64,000 bases of DNA from Marispirochaeta sp. (lineage in GTDB: Bacteria; Spirochaetota; Spirochaetia; JC444; Marispirochaetaceae). Where the stretch lies: positions 1,696,001 through 1,760,000 of the forward strand of contig CAXXFF010000002.1 in assembly GCA_963676835.2 (NCBI GenBank). The letters run 5' to 3'. The position numbers and the translations under genes were made by a program. Shown one piece after another: positions 10,092-18,685 of the stretch. Below the pieces are notes generated by a model that was given only the letters and a program-made list of their open reading frames with translations, made no database searches and was not told the DNA's origin. Position 1 is the first letter of the stretch. Each line of letters opens with the position of its first letter.

Positions 10092-10432
10092 GCAGCAGTA
10101 AAACCCCGGGAGATACACAGAAGTTTATTAAGGCGGTTGCAGACCATAAAGGCTGGATACTGAACCGTGACAGTGAGTATATCGAGTTTCTTGTTAACGG
10201 ACTGACGGTTAATCATGAACGTTACGGGTTTTACCAGTGTCCCTGCCGTGATTCCTACGGGGATAAGGTAAAGGATAAGGATATCCATTGTCCCTGTGAG
10301 TATGCCGCTGCGGATATACAGGAGTACGGCCAGTGTTTCTGCGGTCTTTTTCTTGATGCGGATTATTACTCAAGCCATGAGGATGTGGACGGAATCCCTG
10401 AGCGCCGTCCGGATGAGCTCTTTCCGGACTAA
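10088..10432 (+). CDS. Ferredoxin:thioredoxin/disulfide reductase catalytic subunit
   Basis: CPCR, CPC, CFCGLF motifs, C-terminal IPERRP; ATGA coupling to the Grx gene. Confidence 0.88.
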   Translation: MSSSKTPGDTQKFIKAVADHKGWILNRDSEYIEFLVNGLTVNHERYGFYQCPCRDSYGDKVKDKDIHCPCEYAAADIQEYGQCFCGLFLDADYYSSHEDVDGIPERRPDELFPD

Positions 10433-11100
10433 CCGTTTTCGTTGATCAGTTCTATGGTTCCCCGGGAAAGGTTCTTGCGCAGGATTCCTTCATAGAAAAG
10501 ATATCTGCCGTCTCCTGAGCGGAGGAGGTAGAGCCCCTTCCAGAACTTGGCAAGCCAGTTGTTTATGCTTATTTCAACTTCCACGGCTTTTTCCCGTATT
10601 CCGTGAACTGTTATTGTTTTCTCTTCTTTACGAACCGCCCGTAAGGAGCTGAGTTTAAGATTCTGGGGCTGGATGAACCAGAAGGAGCGTTCTGTCTCTT
10701 CCCGGGTAACAAACTCTTCCATACCGAAAGGAAAAATCTGGTGCCAGGGCGAATCATCCTTTATCTGATACTCTTCTGTTTTTGTCCGGCGGCCCTTTTC
10801 CTGTATAAGACTAATCCTGTTTCCGTCTCTTGAGGCTTCTATGTAGAGGTCTTCAGCGTAATTCTGAAAGTACCAGCTTTGAGTATCACCTTCTGCATCC
10901 ACCACAATATGTTCCACACTCAGTACTGTTTCATCCAGGGTCTTTGTGAGGGTGTACTCCTTACGGCCATTGGCTTCGTTAATGGAAAGGGTTAGATCCG
11001 TGCAGTCTCCGTCAAGATTCTCATGGTAGAGAAGGTTGTCCCCGTATAGCAGCGTTCCAAGTGATATAAAAATGAGCAGGATTAAGGAAATCTTAGGCAT
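10429..11100 (-). CDS. Exported hypothetical protein; true start probably ATG at 11100
   Basis: MPKISLILLIFISLG signal peptide; TTGACA-N17-TACTAT-N6-ATG directly upstream. Confidence 0.7.
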   Translation of the reverse strand: MPKISLILLIFISLGTLLYGDNLLYHENLDGDCTDLTLSINEANGRKEYTLTKTLDETVLSVEHIVVDAEGDTQSWYFQNYAEDLYIEASRDGNRISLIQEKGRRTKTEEYQIKDDSPWHQIFPFGMEEFVTREETERSFWFIQPQNLKLSSLRAVRKEEKTITVHGIREKAVEVEISINNWLAKFWKGLYLLRSGDGRYLFYEGILRKNLSRGTIELINENG

Positions 11101-11194
11101 AGGCGTATAGTAAAAGAGGTCCATATAAGTGTCAATTGCAGTCAGCAGGCAGATCTATCTATATGAGTTACGAGGGAGTGAATTAACAGAAAAC

Positions 11195-11890
11195 TCATCG
11201 TTCAAGCTTGAAGGTAAAGTCCTTGATGATTTTTATCGCTTTACCGGGAGGCTCGAAGCTCCAGGATGAGATTACCGTGTCGATAACCGTGCGGTCCAGG
11301 ATGGGATATCCGGAAGAGCGCTGAACCTCCACTGCGGTAATGGACCCGTCTTCCGCAATGGAGATAAGGGCCCGGACGGTGCCTTCGTAGCCGAAGCGCC
11401 TGGCAGCATCCGGATATTGGGGTACATCAAGCACCCGGCCCCGGGTAAGGCCCTGCCACGTGATTGGTGCTGCTGCGGGTGACGCTTCGGATGTGCTGTT
11501 GTTCCCTGCGGATGCCTGCATTGTATCTGTTGATTCTGCTGCCGGAGCTTCTGCTGCAACTTTATTCTGTAGAGAAGCATTTTCCGTCAGAGACTGCTGT
11601 TCTGGTTCCGGGTTCTCGGGTTGTGCTGTCTCTGCCGGGGGAGGCTCCGATACAGGCCTTTTTTCTCTCATCGGCTGCTCCGCCTGTTTCGGAACTGCAG
11701 GTGCAGATACCTCCGGCGGCAGTACTCTGAGTTTTATTTCAGGGAACCGTGGTACTTCTATGGCGTTCTGAGGTGACTGCAGCTGTACCAGGATATAAAG
11801 AGTGATGCCTGCTCCATGGAGGAGCAGGGAGAGCGTCCATGCGGTAAGCGAGGTTCTATTCGACAACAAGGTACGGAGTTTGTGGACCAT
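11195..11890 (-). CDS. tonB: Energy transducer TonB
   Basis: N-terminal TM with SLLLHG, Pro/Ala/Glu-rich linker, YP..ARR.G.EGTV....I..DG.I..V.V..SSG..ILD...W.F.P. Confidence 0.92.
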   Translation of the reverse strand: MVHKLRTLLSNRTSLTAWTLSLLLHGAGITLYILVQLQSPQNAIEVPRFPEIKLRVLPPEVSAPAVPKQAEQPMREKRPVSEPPPAETAQPENPEPEQQSLTENASLQNKVAAEAPAAESTDTMQASAGNNSTSEASPAAAPITWQGLTRGRVLDVPQYPDAARRFGYEGTVRALISIAEDGSITAVEVQRSSGYPILDRTVIDTVISSWSFEPPGKAIKIIKDFTFKLER

Positions 11891-12953
11891 CTGATGCGGA
11901 TAAGTCTACCTGACTGTAGCTGTTTTGTGTATCCAGGAGCATTATGGAATCGCCGCCGAAGTTGGCTACCACTAAAAGCCCTGTACTACTGTCATAAACT
12001 GCACCGGCATAAAGGTCCGTCTGGGGGTTCGAGAGAGATTTCAGATGATGGTCTGCAGGCAGGGACGGTGTTGCCGCATCGTAATAGTCCAGGCCGTAGG
12101 TTCCGGTAAGGTAGACAAAGCCTGTGTCAGAGTTATATGCGCCGGTGTTGTATGCAGGTGAACCGCCCACTGCAAGTCTTGTAATTTCGGATATGGAAGC
12201 CGGAGAAGCCGGAGTGGAAATATCCAGAACCAGGATTTCACCATCATCATCGGACTGGCCGCCGCTGAGATAAACATGCAGCTCGTCCGCAGAAGGGAAT
12301 CCCAGGCATGTCTGGGGGTTGCTTCCTGTACCGGTAGCGTAGGAACCAATATAGCTGTAGGGGGAGACTGCGCTGAAAACGGAAACTGACCCATCGCCGA
12401 TGGTACTGCCGGTATTCGCGCTATTACAGATATAGAGATAATCGCCGACTACGGTTCCGTCCTGGGGCCGGTTAAGACTGAAGGCATCATCCTTGAGTGT
12501 CGCAGTAAGCTCCAGGGTTGCGAGGTTTATAACGGAAATTGAATTGTCCACATAGTTCGGCACAAATGCGGTTGTCGGTTCTGATGCGGAACCGGTAATA
12601 ATGGAGTAGGGGTTTTTCCCTGCACCCAAGTAAATGTTATCGGTGTTTTCAAAGGTTGATTCATTAACAACCTGTATAGTGTTGTCTGTGCTGCAGACAA
12701 TAAAGAGCTGGTCGTTGTAGAACAGCATATCATTGGGAACTGCCCCGGTAAGGAAGACGTTGTTGTAAAGGGTTTGTGTATCCGGATGCAGTACTGAGAC
12801 TGTTTCCGCCAGATTGTTGAGAATAAATATTTCGCGGGATTTATCTTCAAAGCTTCTGCTTCCGTATTCAGTCTCGGGGGTGCAGCTTTGAATAAGCGGA
12901 AAGATGATCAGTAGAAGAAGGCTGAGAACAATAAAAGGATTCTTAAAACGCAT
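11856..12953 (-). CDS. YncE-like beta-propeller lipoprotein, BtuG-like
   Basis: Lipobox LIQSC; repeated blades (NTIQVV, NSISVIN, G.VPNDM, GKNP, GSNPQ, GGSP); coupled to the TBDT gene. Confidence 0.72.
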   Translation of the reverse strand: MRFKNPFIVLSLLLLIIFPLIQSCTPETEYGSRSFEDKSREIFILNNLAETVSVLHPDTQTLYNNVFLTGAVPNDMLFYNDQLFIVCSTDNTIQVVNESTFENTDNIYLGAGKNPYSIITGSASEPTTAFVPNYVDNSISVINLATLELTATLKDDAFSLNRPQDGTVVGDYLYICNSANTGSTIGDGSVSVFSAVSPYSYIGSYATGTGSNPQTCLGFPSADELHVYLSGGQSDDDGEILVLDISTPASPASISEITRLAVGGSPAYNTGAYNSDTGFVYLTGTYGLDYYDAATPSLPADHHLKSLSNPQTDLYAGAVYDSSTGLLVVANFGGDSIMLLDTQNSYSQVDLSASDGPQTPYLVVE

Positions 12954-15057
12954 AACGGAGCTCCATGCTGAGTTCTATTCCGGGAACCGGATACTCCCGT
13001 ATATCCACATAGGCGATATTGAAGAGGTTTGTGCCGCTTAACACGAAATCGAGGTTGTCCCTAACCGCAATTGTTGCCGAGGCATCGGTAATAAAACAGG
13101 GATCGTACCATTTGGTGTTGGCAGCGGTTATGTAGCGGAGGCCTATGTAGCGGCCTTCCAGCCGCAGGGAATGCCCTTTCGTTGTTGTCAGGGTTGCGGT
13201 TGAGTTGGCTGTCCATACCGGTTTTCGGGGGATTATCTTGCCGTAGGTGGCGGTGCCTTCGGTACGGTCTTCTGCGTGGAGCCAGGTGCCGTTGGCGGTG
13301 AGTTCAAGGTAGGAATCAATCGCGGGCAGATCCAAAAGGCTGCGTACTTCGGACTCTATGCCCCAGAAGCGGCTGCTGCCGATATTGATGGGCCGCCATT
13401 TGCCGTTGGGGCCGGGGTTCCACTGAATAAGGTTGGTAACTTGACGGTAAAACCCGGCGGCTTCGATCTTTAAAAAAGGCAGGGGCTGCATCAGCACGCC
13501 GCCGTCTGCATACCAGGACTCTTCCGGTTTCAGATCGGGATTGCCCGTGGCAAAGGAGGTGGATGGCCAGAAGAGGTCGTCGAAGGAGGGGGCACGGTAG
13601 GCGGTTCCTCCGCTTGCTTTCAGGGTATATTTCTCGTCCCTGTCCAGAGGGGACAGGATTCCCATTTTCCAGGTTGCCTGAGTCCCTGAGGAGGATTCTG
13701 CTGTTGTATAGCCGTCGATAGCCCAGCTGTCGACTCTGACTGCGGGAAAGAGGGCCAGCCTGCACACATCTGAATCTGCAAAAGGAAAGAACCGCAGCTC
13801 TCCCCGGCTGAAGCCTGCGTTACGGATCCGGGTAACGCCGGAGTCGGAGAACTCGCTGCCCCCGGTATCGGTAAAGGAGGTGGAGTCCAGGGTATCCAGG
13901 CGAAAGCTGTATCCGCTTAAAAGGGATGCGGCCCAGCGTGTAAAGGAGAACTGCTGTTCGTAGCGGCTTTCTCCTTCAAAGGCCAGGTTCTCGTGCCGGT
14001 CGTCTATGGGGCCGAGATAAAAGTCCGGGTCTTCGTATTCCCGCACCTGCCGGGTAAAGCTGAGAGTCCCGGTGATATCTCCCCAGCTGTTGAGCCAGCT
14101 TGTTTCCACTGATCCGGTTTCCCGTTCGTCCGCCATGCGGGCGGTAACCGAGGGAAACTCCACGGTGCCGGGAACGCCTTTGTCGTCGAAATAGACGGAG
14201 GAATCAACTGCGATGTTCAGGTTCTCCAGAGGGGAAACATGCATAGAGGCTGCTGCACCGCCCTGGAGGACATCGGCGTTCTCTCGTTCCAGGGTGCCGA
14301 AGTTCTCATCCTCAAAGCTGTAGTTGCCGTCACTGGTTAAGCCGTGGATGGATAGGCTGCCTCCGAGGGTTTCATCCTGGTTACTGCTGGAAAGAGAAAC
14401 GGACCCGAAAGCGGTGTTCTGGGATGCGTAACCTCCGCGGGCACTGCCGGAGAAAATATCCGGTTCCGGGGATTTTGTTATCACGTTGATAACGCCCCCC
14501 ACGGCATTTTCGCCGTAAACAGCAGAATCCCCGCCGCGGTAGATTTCGATGCGTTCGATGATATCGGGATTGATGGTGGAGAGGTCCGCGCCGCCTCCCT
14601 GGGCGGTGTTGATGCGTTTGCCGTTAAGGAGAACCAGTACCTGTTCCGCTGAAGATCCACGAATAGAGACTAATGCGGATGAACCGGTGCCGCCGTAGCG
14701 GGTAAGGGATACGCCCAGTGCCGGTTCCAGTACCTCCGTCAGGGTCTTCGGGGCTGAGGCTGCAATTTCCTCTGCGGTTATTACCGTCATCTGCCCGGGC
14801 AGGGAACGGGGATCGGGAGCGTCGATGCGGGCTTTGATGATTATTTCCTGGGGCTGTGACGAATCTTCTTCTTCATCGTTTGCTGAAGGGCTCGTCTCAA
14901 GTGTTTCCGTATCGTCAATGATTATAAAGGCTTCTTCCCCGTCGTCGACGATAATGGTTTCCTGGGCGTAGACGGTGCCGGGGACTATAAAAATAGAGAG
15001 AGTAAGAAGTGTAGAAAAAGCCCGGCAGAATAATGTCATTCTTAAATTAATTTCCAA
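12943..15057 (-). CDS. btuB: TonB-dependent outer membrane transporter, BtuB-like cobalamin receptor
   Basis: Plug motifs SIRG..AEQVLVLLNG and IERIEIYRG..SAVYG..AVGGVINVITK; YRAPSF.DL, GNPDLKPE; terminal Phe; under a B12 riboswitch. Confidence 0.85.
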   Translation of the reverse strand: MEINLRMTLFCRAFSTLLTLSIFIVPGTVYAQETIIVDDGEEAFIIIDDTETLETSPSANDEEEDSSQPQEIIIKARIDAPDPRSLPGQMTVITAEEIAASAPKTLTEVLEPALGVSLTRYGGTGSSALVSIRGSSAEQVLVLLNGKRINTAQGGGADLSTINPDIIERIEIYRGGDSAVYGENAVGGVINVITKSPEPDIFSGSARGGYASQNTAFGSVSLSSSNQDETLGGSLSIHGLTSDGNYSFEDENFGTLERENADVLQGGAAASMHVSPLENLNIAVDSSVYFDDKGVPGTVEFPSVTARMADERETGSVETSWLNSWGDITGTLSFTRQVREYEDPDFYLGPIDDRHENLAFEGESRYEQQFSFTRWAASLLSGYSFRLDTLDSTSFTDTGGSEFSDSGVTRIRNAGFSRGELRFFPFADSDVCRLALFPAVRVDSWAIDGYTTAESSSGTQATWKMGILSPLDRDEKYTLKASGGTAYRAPSFDDLFWPSTSFATGNPDLKPEESWYADGGVLMQPLPFLKIEAAGFYRQVTNLIQWNPGPNGKWRPINIGSSRFWGIESEVRSLLDLPAIDSYLELTANGTWLHAEDRTEGTATYGKIIPRKPVWTANSTATLTTTKGHSLRLEGRYIGLRYITAANTKWYDPCFITDASATIAVRDNLDFVLSGTNLFNIAYVDIREYPVPGIELSMELRYAF

Positions 15058-15961
15058 TCATGCTGAGATCAACAGCACCGCTGATTTCAGGAGATACTTC
15101 GTTGAGCATTCCTGCAATGAGGAATATTCCGCTCTGGATTTTAATAAAACGGATAGAATCAAGGACTACCGGATTCCCTGAGGAATCAACTGCATCATCA
15201 ATATCAAAACGGTTTGCGCTCCGGTAGGAGGATCCGAAGGGGAGTGCGGCATCCAGATCGGTTCCGCTGTAATTCTCTGCATAGCCTTCGGTAAACAGGC
15301 TGTCATAGTCTACCCAGATGTCATCAGCGTTAAGATACTTGCTGTCCGGCAGTTTTACACCGTTAAGGGTTATTTCGGTGGCACTGCCGTAGCCGTCCCA
15401 CCACCATCCGGCGGATACACTGCTTTCGGGGTATCCGGGGACAAGCTCCACTCCTGTATTGCCCTGGTTGTCTGTCCAGGTGATGTTGGAACTGTCATAG
15501 GCGGGTTGTGAATAGGTAACCTGGTAATCCTGTATGTAGCCTGTTTGGCCGGTTTCGCTGCCCGCAAGTTCGTACCACGGTTCTTCCGGGTCGGGATATC
15601 CGTTGCTGTTGGTATCCTGTTTTACGAAGACAGCAGCCGGTTCATTTCCGGTTCCTGGTTGTGTATAGACAGCAAAATCATACCCAGTGACATTGCTTAT
15701 ATCGTGATCGAAGCCGGCTTCTATAAAACCACCCCAACCGCCGAGCATTACATAGGACGAAGATGTGCCGATGAACTTTGCCATCTGTTCTTCTTTTGTT
15801 CCTATTGTTGAAGCATGCTGTCCTGGACCGTAAGTGTAGTCGTAGACGGTGCTTATGTAGGGAGAATCACCAGAGCTGGAAGAGCTTGCATTTTCGCAGG
15901 AACTTATAACGAGGGGGACGAGAAGAAATAACAGCGGGATGGAAAATGTAAATCTTCGCAT
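15047..15961 (-). CDS. Surface lipoprotein, BtuH-like (Bacteroides B12-locus cell surface protein domain)
   Basis: Lipobox ISSC; Y..GPGQH, LGGWGGFI..GFDH.I.N..GYDF.V, EP..V.V.QD.N.NG.PD...WYEL.GSE, FDI..AVD..G..V.L..I.FIK; start re-called at MRRFTF. Confidence 0.68.
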   Translation of the reverse strand: MRRFTFSIPLLFLLVPLVISSCENASSSSSGDSPYISTVYDYTYGPGQHASTIGTKEEQMAKFIGTSSSYVMLGGWGGFIEAGFDHDISNVTGYDFAVYTQPGTGNEPAAVFVKQDTNSNGYPDPEEPWYELAGSETGQTGYIQDYQVTYSQPAYDSSNITWTDNQGNTGVELVPGYPESSVSAGWWWDGYGSATEITLNGVKLPDSKYLNADDIWVDYDSLFTEGYAENYSGTDLDAALPFGSSYRSANRFDIDDAVDSSGNPVVLDSIRFIKIQSGIFLIAGMLNEVSPEISGAVDLSMIGN

Positions 15962-16029
15962 AAAAATACCTTTTAAAGCAGATATCCCGACCACCTGCCA
16001 CGGGTACGGGATACCATACTTTTGGAGAG

Positions 16030-17076
16030 TTATTGCCGTTCCGCTCCGTTGGAGCTGTAATCGAAGTAACCGTCTGCATAGGTTACGCTGCTTTCTGCCT
16101 CAGATGCTGTATCAAAAACAGTATTAGGCCAGGTCCCTGCATCAGCCGGGGTTGCATCTTTATATCCCTGGGTAAAATCCATGGTTAGACTGTCGGTTGC
16201 ATTCTGTACCCAGCGAAAAACCTGGTATTTACCTACTTCTCCTGTACCAGTACTATCGACTTCGGTGAACTGGATTACCGCATATCCGGGATCATTGGTG
16301 GAAGATGACTGTCCTGAAAAAGTTGTTTCTGATGCATTGAGTCCGCTATTGGAATAGCTGACAATATCAGCTTTGAAGACTGTTGCGGCACCTGAACCGT
16401 AGTCTGTGGAGTATTCAATTGTGGAATCGGTAATAACCCAGTACTCAGTGCCGTAAGTTCCTGCCAGTTCCCAGGATCCTTCTGCCCGGATAATTTCTTC
16501 AGCACCTTCAGAAGCTGCCCCGAAAAAGCCGTTGGTGTTTGTTACGTTCTGTATAGCTTCTGCAGCTGTGTCATACACTGTGTTTGGCCAGGTCCCCGCA
16601 TCATCCGGGGTGGCATCTTTGTAGCCCTGGGTGAAGTCCTTGTCGGCTGAATCAGACTGGTTCTCCGCCCAGCGAAAAATTTGGTATTTACCTACTTCCC
16701 CGTCTCCTGTCGTAGCAACTTCAGTAAACTGAATTACTGCATAGCCCAGTCCAGTTGTTGAAGAGCTAACAGACGATGTAATTGATGTATCGCCGGCGTT
16801 AAGCCCGGTGTTTGAAAAACTAATAATGTCTGCTTTGTAATTAGTGCTGAACCCTGATCCCCAATCGGATAGATACTCGATGGTGGATTCGGTTATTACC
16901 CATTTCTCAGTTCCATATGCCCCTGTTAATTCCCATATACCTTCGGCTGCTATGGTTGCTGTTGTTCCGCCACCGCTTCCGGCTCCGGTATCCTGACATC
17001 CGCTCAAGAGCGAGACAAAGGCCACCATGGCCACTAACACTGAGATTTTTAAAAACTTTCCTGTAAGGTTTTTCAT
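16030..17076 (-). CDS. Lipoprotein with two tandem ~155-aa beta-rich domains; first gene of the B12-riboswitch operon
   Basis: Lipobox LLSGC; internal repeat AEG.WEL.G.YGTE.WVIT.STIEY...GYAVIQFTEV...GEVGKYQ.FRW...DFTQGYKDATP.DAGTWPNTV.DTA.EA. Confidence 0.85.
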   Translation of the reverse strand: MKNLTGKFLKISVLVAMVAFVSLLSGCQDTGAGSGGGTTATIAAEGIWELTGAYGTEKWVITESTIEYLSDWGSGFSTNYKADIISFSNTGLNAGDTSITSSVSSSTTGLGYAVIQFTEVATTGDGEVGKYQIFRWAENQSDSADKDFTQGYKDATPDDAGTWPNTVYDTAAEAIQNVTNTNGFFGAASEGAEEIIRAEGSWELAGTYGTEYWVITDSTIEYSTDYGSGAATVFKADIVSYSNSGLNASETTFSGQSSSTNDPGYAVIQFTEVDSTGTGEVGKYQVFRWVQNATDSLTMDFTQGYKDATPADAGTWPNTVFDTASEAESSVTYADGYFDYSSNGAERQ

Positions 17077-17079
17077 GTT

Positions 17080-17104
17080 TCTTCCCCTTGGGGCAGAAGA
17101 AGCG
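17080..17104 (-). promoter_or_regulatory. RBS-sequestering hairpin (riboswitch expression platform)
   Basis: Minus strand TTCTTC-TG-CCCC-AA-GGGG-AAGAA-AC-ATG pairs over the SD. Confidence 0.6.
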
Positions 17105-17199
17105 GGGCTGCGGCGAGCTTGAATTTAACGGCAGGCTGTTCTATTCAGAAGGCATCGCCCATTCCGACTTTTTCCGCGAAGTCTAAAAATGGTTTTGTT

Positions 17200-17336
17200 T
17201 CCGTATCAACGTCTCCTGGCTGACGGATATCATCCGCCGCGCCTTCCCGGGGGTACCCAGTGGCATATGCGGCGGCTTTTCCGATCACAGTGACGGGATC
17301 GCGAAGGATTTGCACCTTCTTCCGTTAAATACAGTA
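17200..17336 (-). promoter_or_regulatory. Cobalamin riboswitch
   Basis: Minus strand AACGGAA-GAAGGTGCAAATCCTTC-GCGATCCCGTCACTGTGA...GCCACTGGG...GGGAAGGC...AGCCAGGAGAC (B12 box); upstream of a TBDT operon. Confidence 0.93.
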
Positions 17337-17340
17337 AGCA

Positions 17341-17369
17341 ATAGTATCATGGTGAAAGACGGGGAGCAA
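17341..17369 (-). promoter_or_regulatory. sigma70 promoter of the B12 operon
   Basis: TTGCTC-N17-TACTAT immediately 5' of the riboswitch. Confidence 0.7.
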
Positions 17370-17431
17370 TATGATCACTGGTATGGTAGGTGTAAGTGGG
17401 TAAGAAAATACCATGGATAGTATAATAGTTG

Positions 17432-17468
17432 TACCCGGATGCATCTGTTACCGGTATGCATCCGGGTA
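17432..17468. terminator. 13-bp inverted repeat after the BspA gene, probable terminator/insulator
   Basis: TACCCGGATGCAT-N11-ATGCATCCGGGTA; no clear U-tract. Confidence 0.55.
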
Positions 17469-17489
17469 TGGGCTAATTTGTGTTTCTGC

Positions 17490-18566
17490 TCAGTTCCAAC
17501 TGGGATAGGGGTGGAATGCTTCCCTCAGGAGTGACCCAGAACTGAATGCTGTATGATCGATAGGGCGTTCGACTGTTCCTGTTTCCGGAACATGTTCGCT
17601 CCAGGAGGAGATATCCTGGTCGAAGGCCTCTGTGCCGTAGAACATCCAGCTCATATCTGTAGCACTGTCGGGGCTCCAACCGCCGATATCCTGACTGAAC
17701 TGTTCATTCTGAAAAAACATCTGTTCAAAATCCTCAACCTTAGAAACATCCCAGCTGCCGATATCATGATCGAAGAGGGTATCAGAGAACATGCAGCGCA
17801 TGGTGGTAACTGCCCCGGTTTTCCAGTTGGAGAGATCCTGATCAAAGGCTGATGCCCCGGCAAACATGGCTTCCATGGAGGTTACCTTCTGTACATCCCA
17901 TGCTGAGATATCTCCATTAAAGGTTGATGCTCCGTAGAACATGAAGTACATGTTTTCCACATTACCTACATTCCAGGTTGAGAGATTCTGGTTGAACCCG
18001 CTTACCCCGTCAAACATGAAACCCATGGTGGTGACATTGCTGACGTCCCAGCCGGATATGTCCTGATTGAAGCTGGTATTGCCGACGCAGAGCTGATGCA
18101 TGTTCGTTATTTCCGAGGTGTCCACCCGGGTGACGTCTTCGTCGTTGTTGATCATGGCTTTCAGCTGGTCGAAGTTGACGGTCATTTTCACAACAACGGT
18201 GTAGTCTGAAGTGTCACCGCTTTCAGCGGTGACGGTGTAGATAACATCCCCGGAGAAATTGTTTTCGGTGATGCCGGATTCCTGGGGTGTGAGGCCTACG
18301 GCTGCGCTTTCTCCTGCCAGAGTGAAGGATGCAATAAGGGCTGTATAGTCTGTGCCGTAGGGAACTCTGAGCAGGATGGTTTCGTCGGTGATTGTTCCAA
18401 TTACATCGCCAGACAGTTCCGATGGGTTGTCGGCAGCGGTAAAAGTGAAGGCTGTTATTGCGGATGAGCTTGATGGACCGGGAGTCGCTCCGGTACCTGC
18501 CTCCTCGCAGCTGGTCACCAGCAATAGTGTTGCTAAAACTGATAGTAGAGATATGATTTTTTTCAT
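17490..18566 (-). CDS. BspA/DUF285 repeat surface lipoprotein with N-terminal Ig-like domain
   Basis: Lipobox VTSC; ITAFTF...I...VPYGTD..L...F...NFS..V.YTVTAE.G....YTV; ~25-aa repeats FNQDIS.WDVSNVT.M..MF. Confidence 0.9.
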   Translation of the reverse strand: MKKIISLLSVLATLLLVTSCEEAGTGATPGPSSSSAITAFTFTAADNPSELSGDVIGTITDETILLRVPYGTDYTALIASFTLAGESAAVGLTPQESGITENNFSGDVIYTVTAESGDTSDYTVVVKMTVNFDQLKAMINNDEDVTRVDTSEITNMHQLCVGNTSFNQDISGWDVSNVTTMGFMFDGVSGFNQNLSTWNVGNVENMYFMFYGASTFNGDISAWDVQKVTSMEAMFAGASAFDQDLSNWKTGAVTTMRCMFSDTLFDHDIGSWDVSKVEDFEQMFFQNEQFSQDIGGWSPDSATDMSWMFYGTEAFDQDISSWSEHVPETGTVERPIDHTAFSSGSLLREAFHPYPSWN

Positions 18567-18631
18567 GCAATTTTCTCCTTGCGTTGATTGATGCTGCAGA
18601 ATGTATCCCGGATCCGGCCTGATTTTTCAGG

Positions 18632-18655
18632 TAAAAAGTCCATATGGACTTTTTA
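18632..18655. promoter_or_regulatory. Perfect 24-bp palindrome, candidate operator
   Basis: TAAAAAGTCCAT-ATGGACTTTTTA flanked by TTTCAGG/CCTGAAA. Confidence 0.5.
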
Positions 18656-18685
18656 TGTTGCCTGAAATGCTTTCTACTGCCTGCC

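Noticed and set aside
10429..11124. Exported protein as the sixth gene of the B12 operon
   Set aside because: Has its own consensus TTGACA-N17-TACTAT leaderless promoter, so it is probably independent of the riboswitch
17600..18130. ~75-bp periodic repeats suggesting a CRISPR array
   Set aside because: They are the coding DUF285/BspA repeats; no identical repeats with unique spacers and no cas genes
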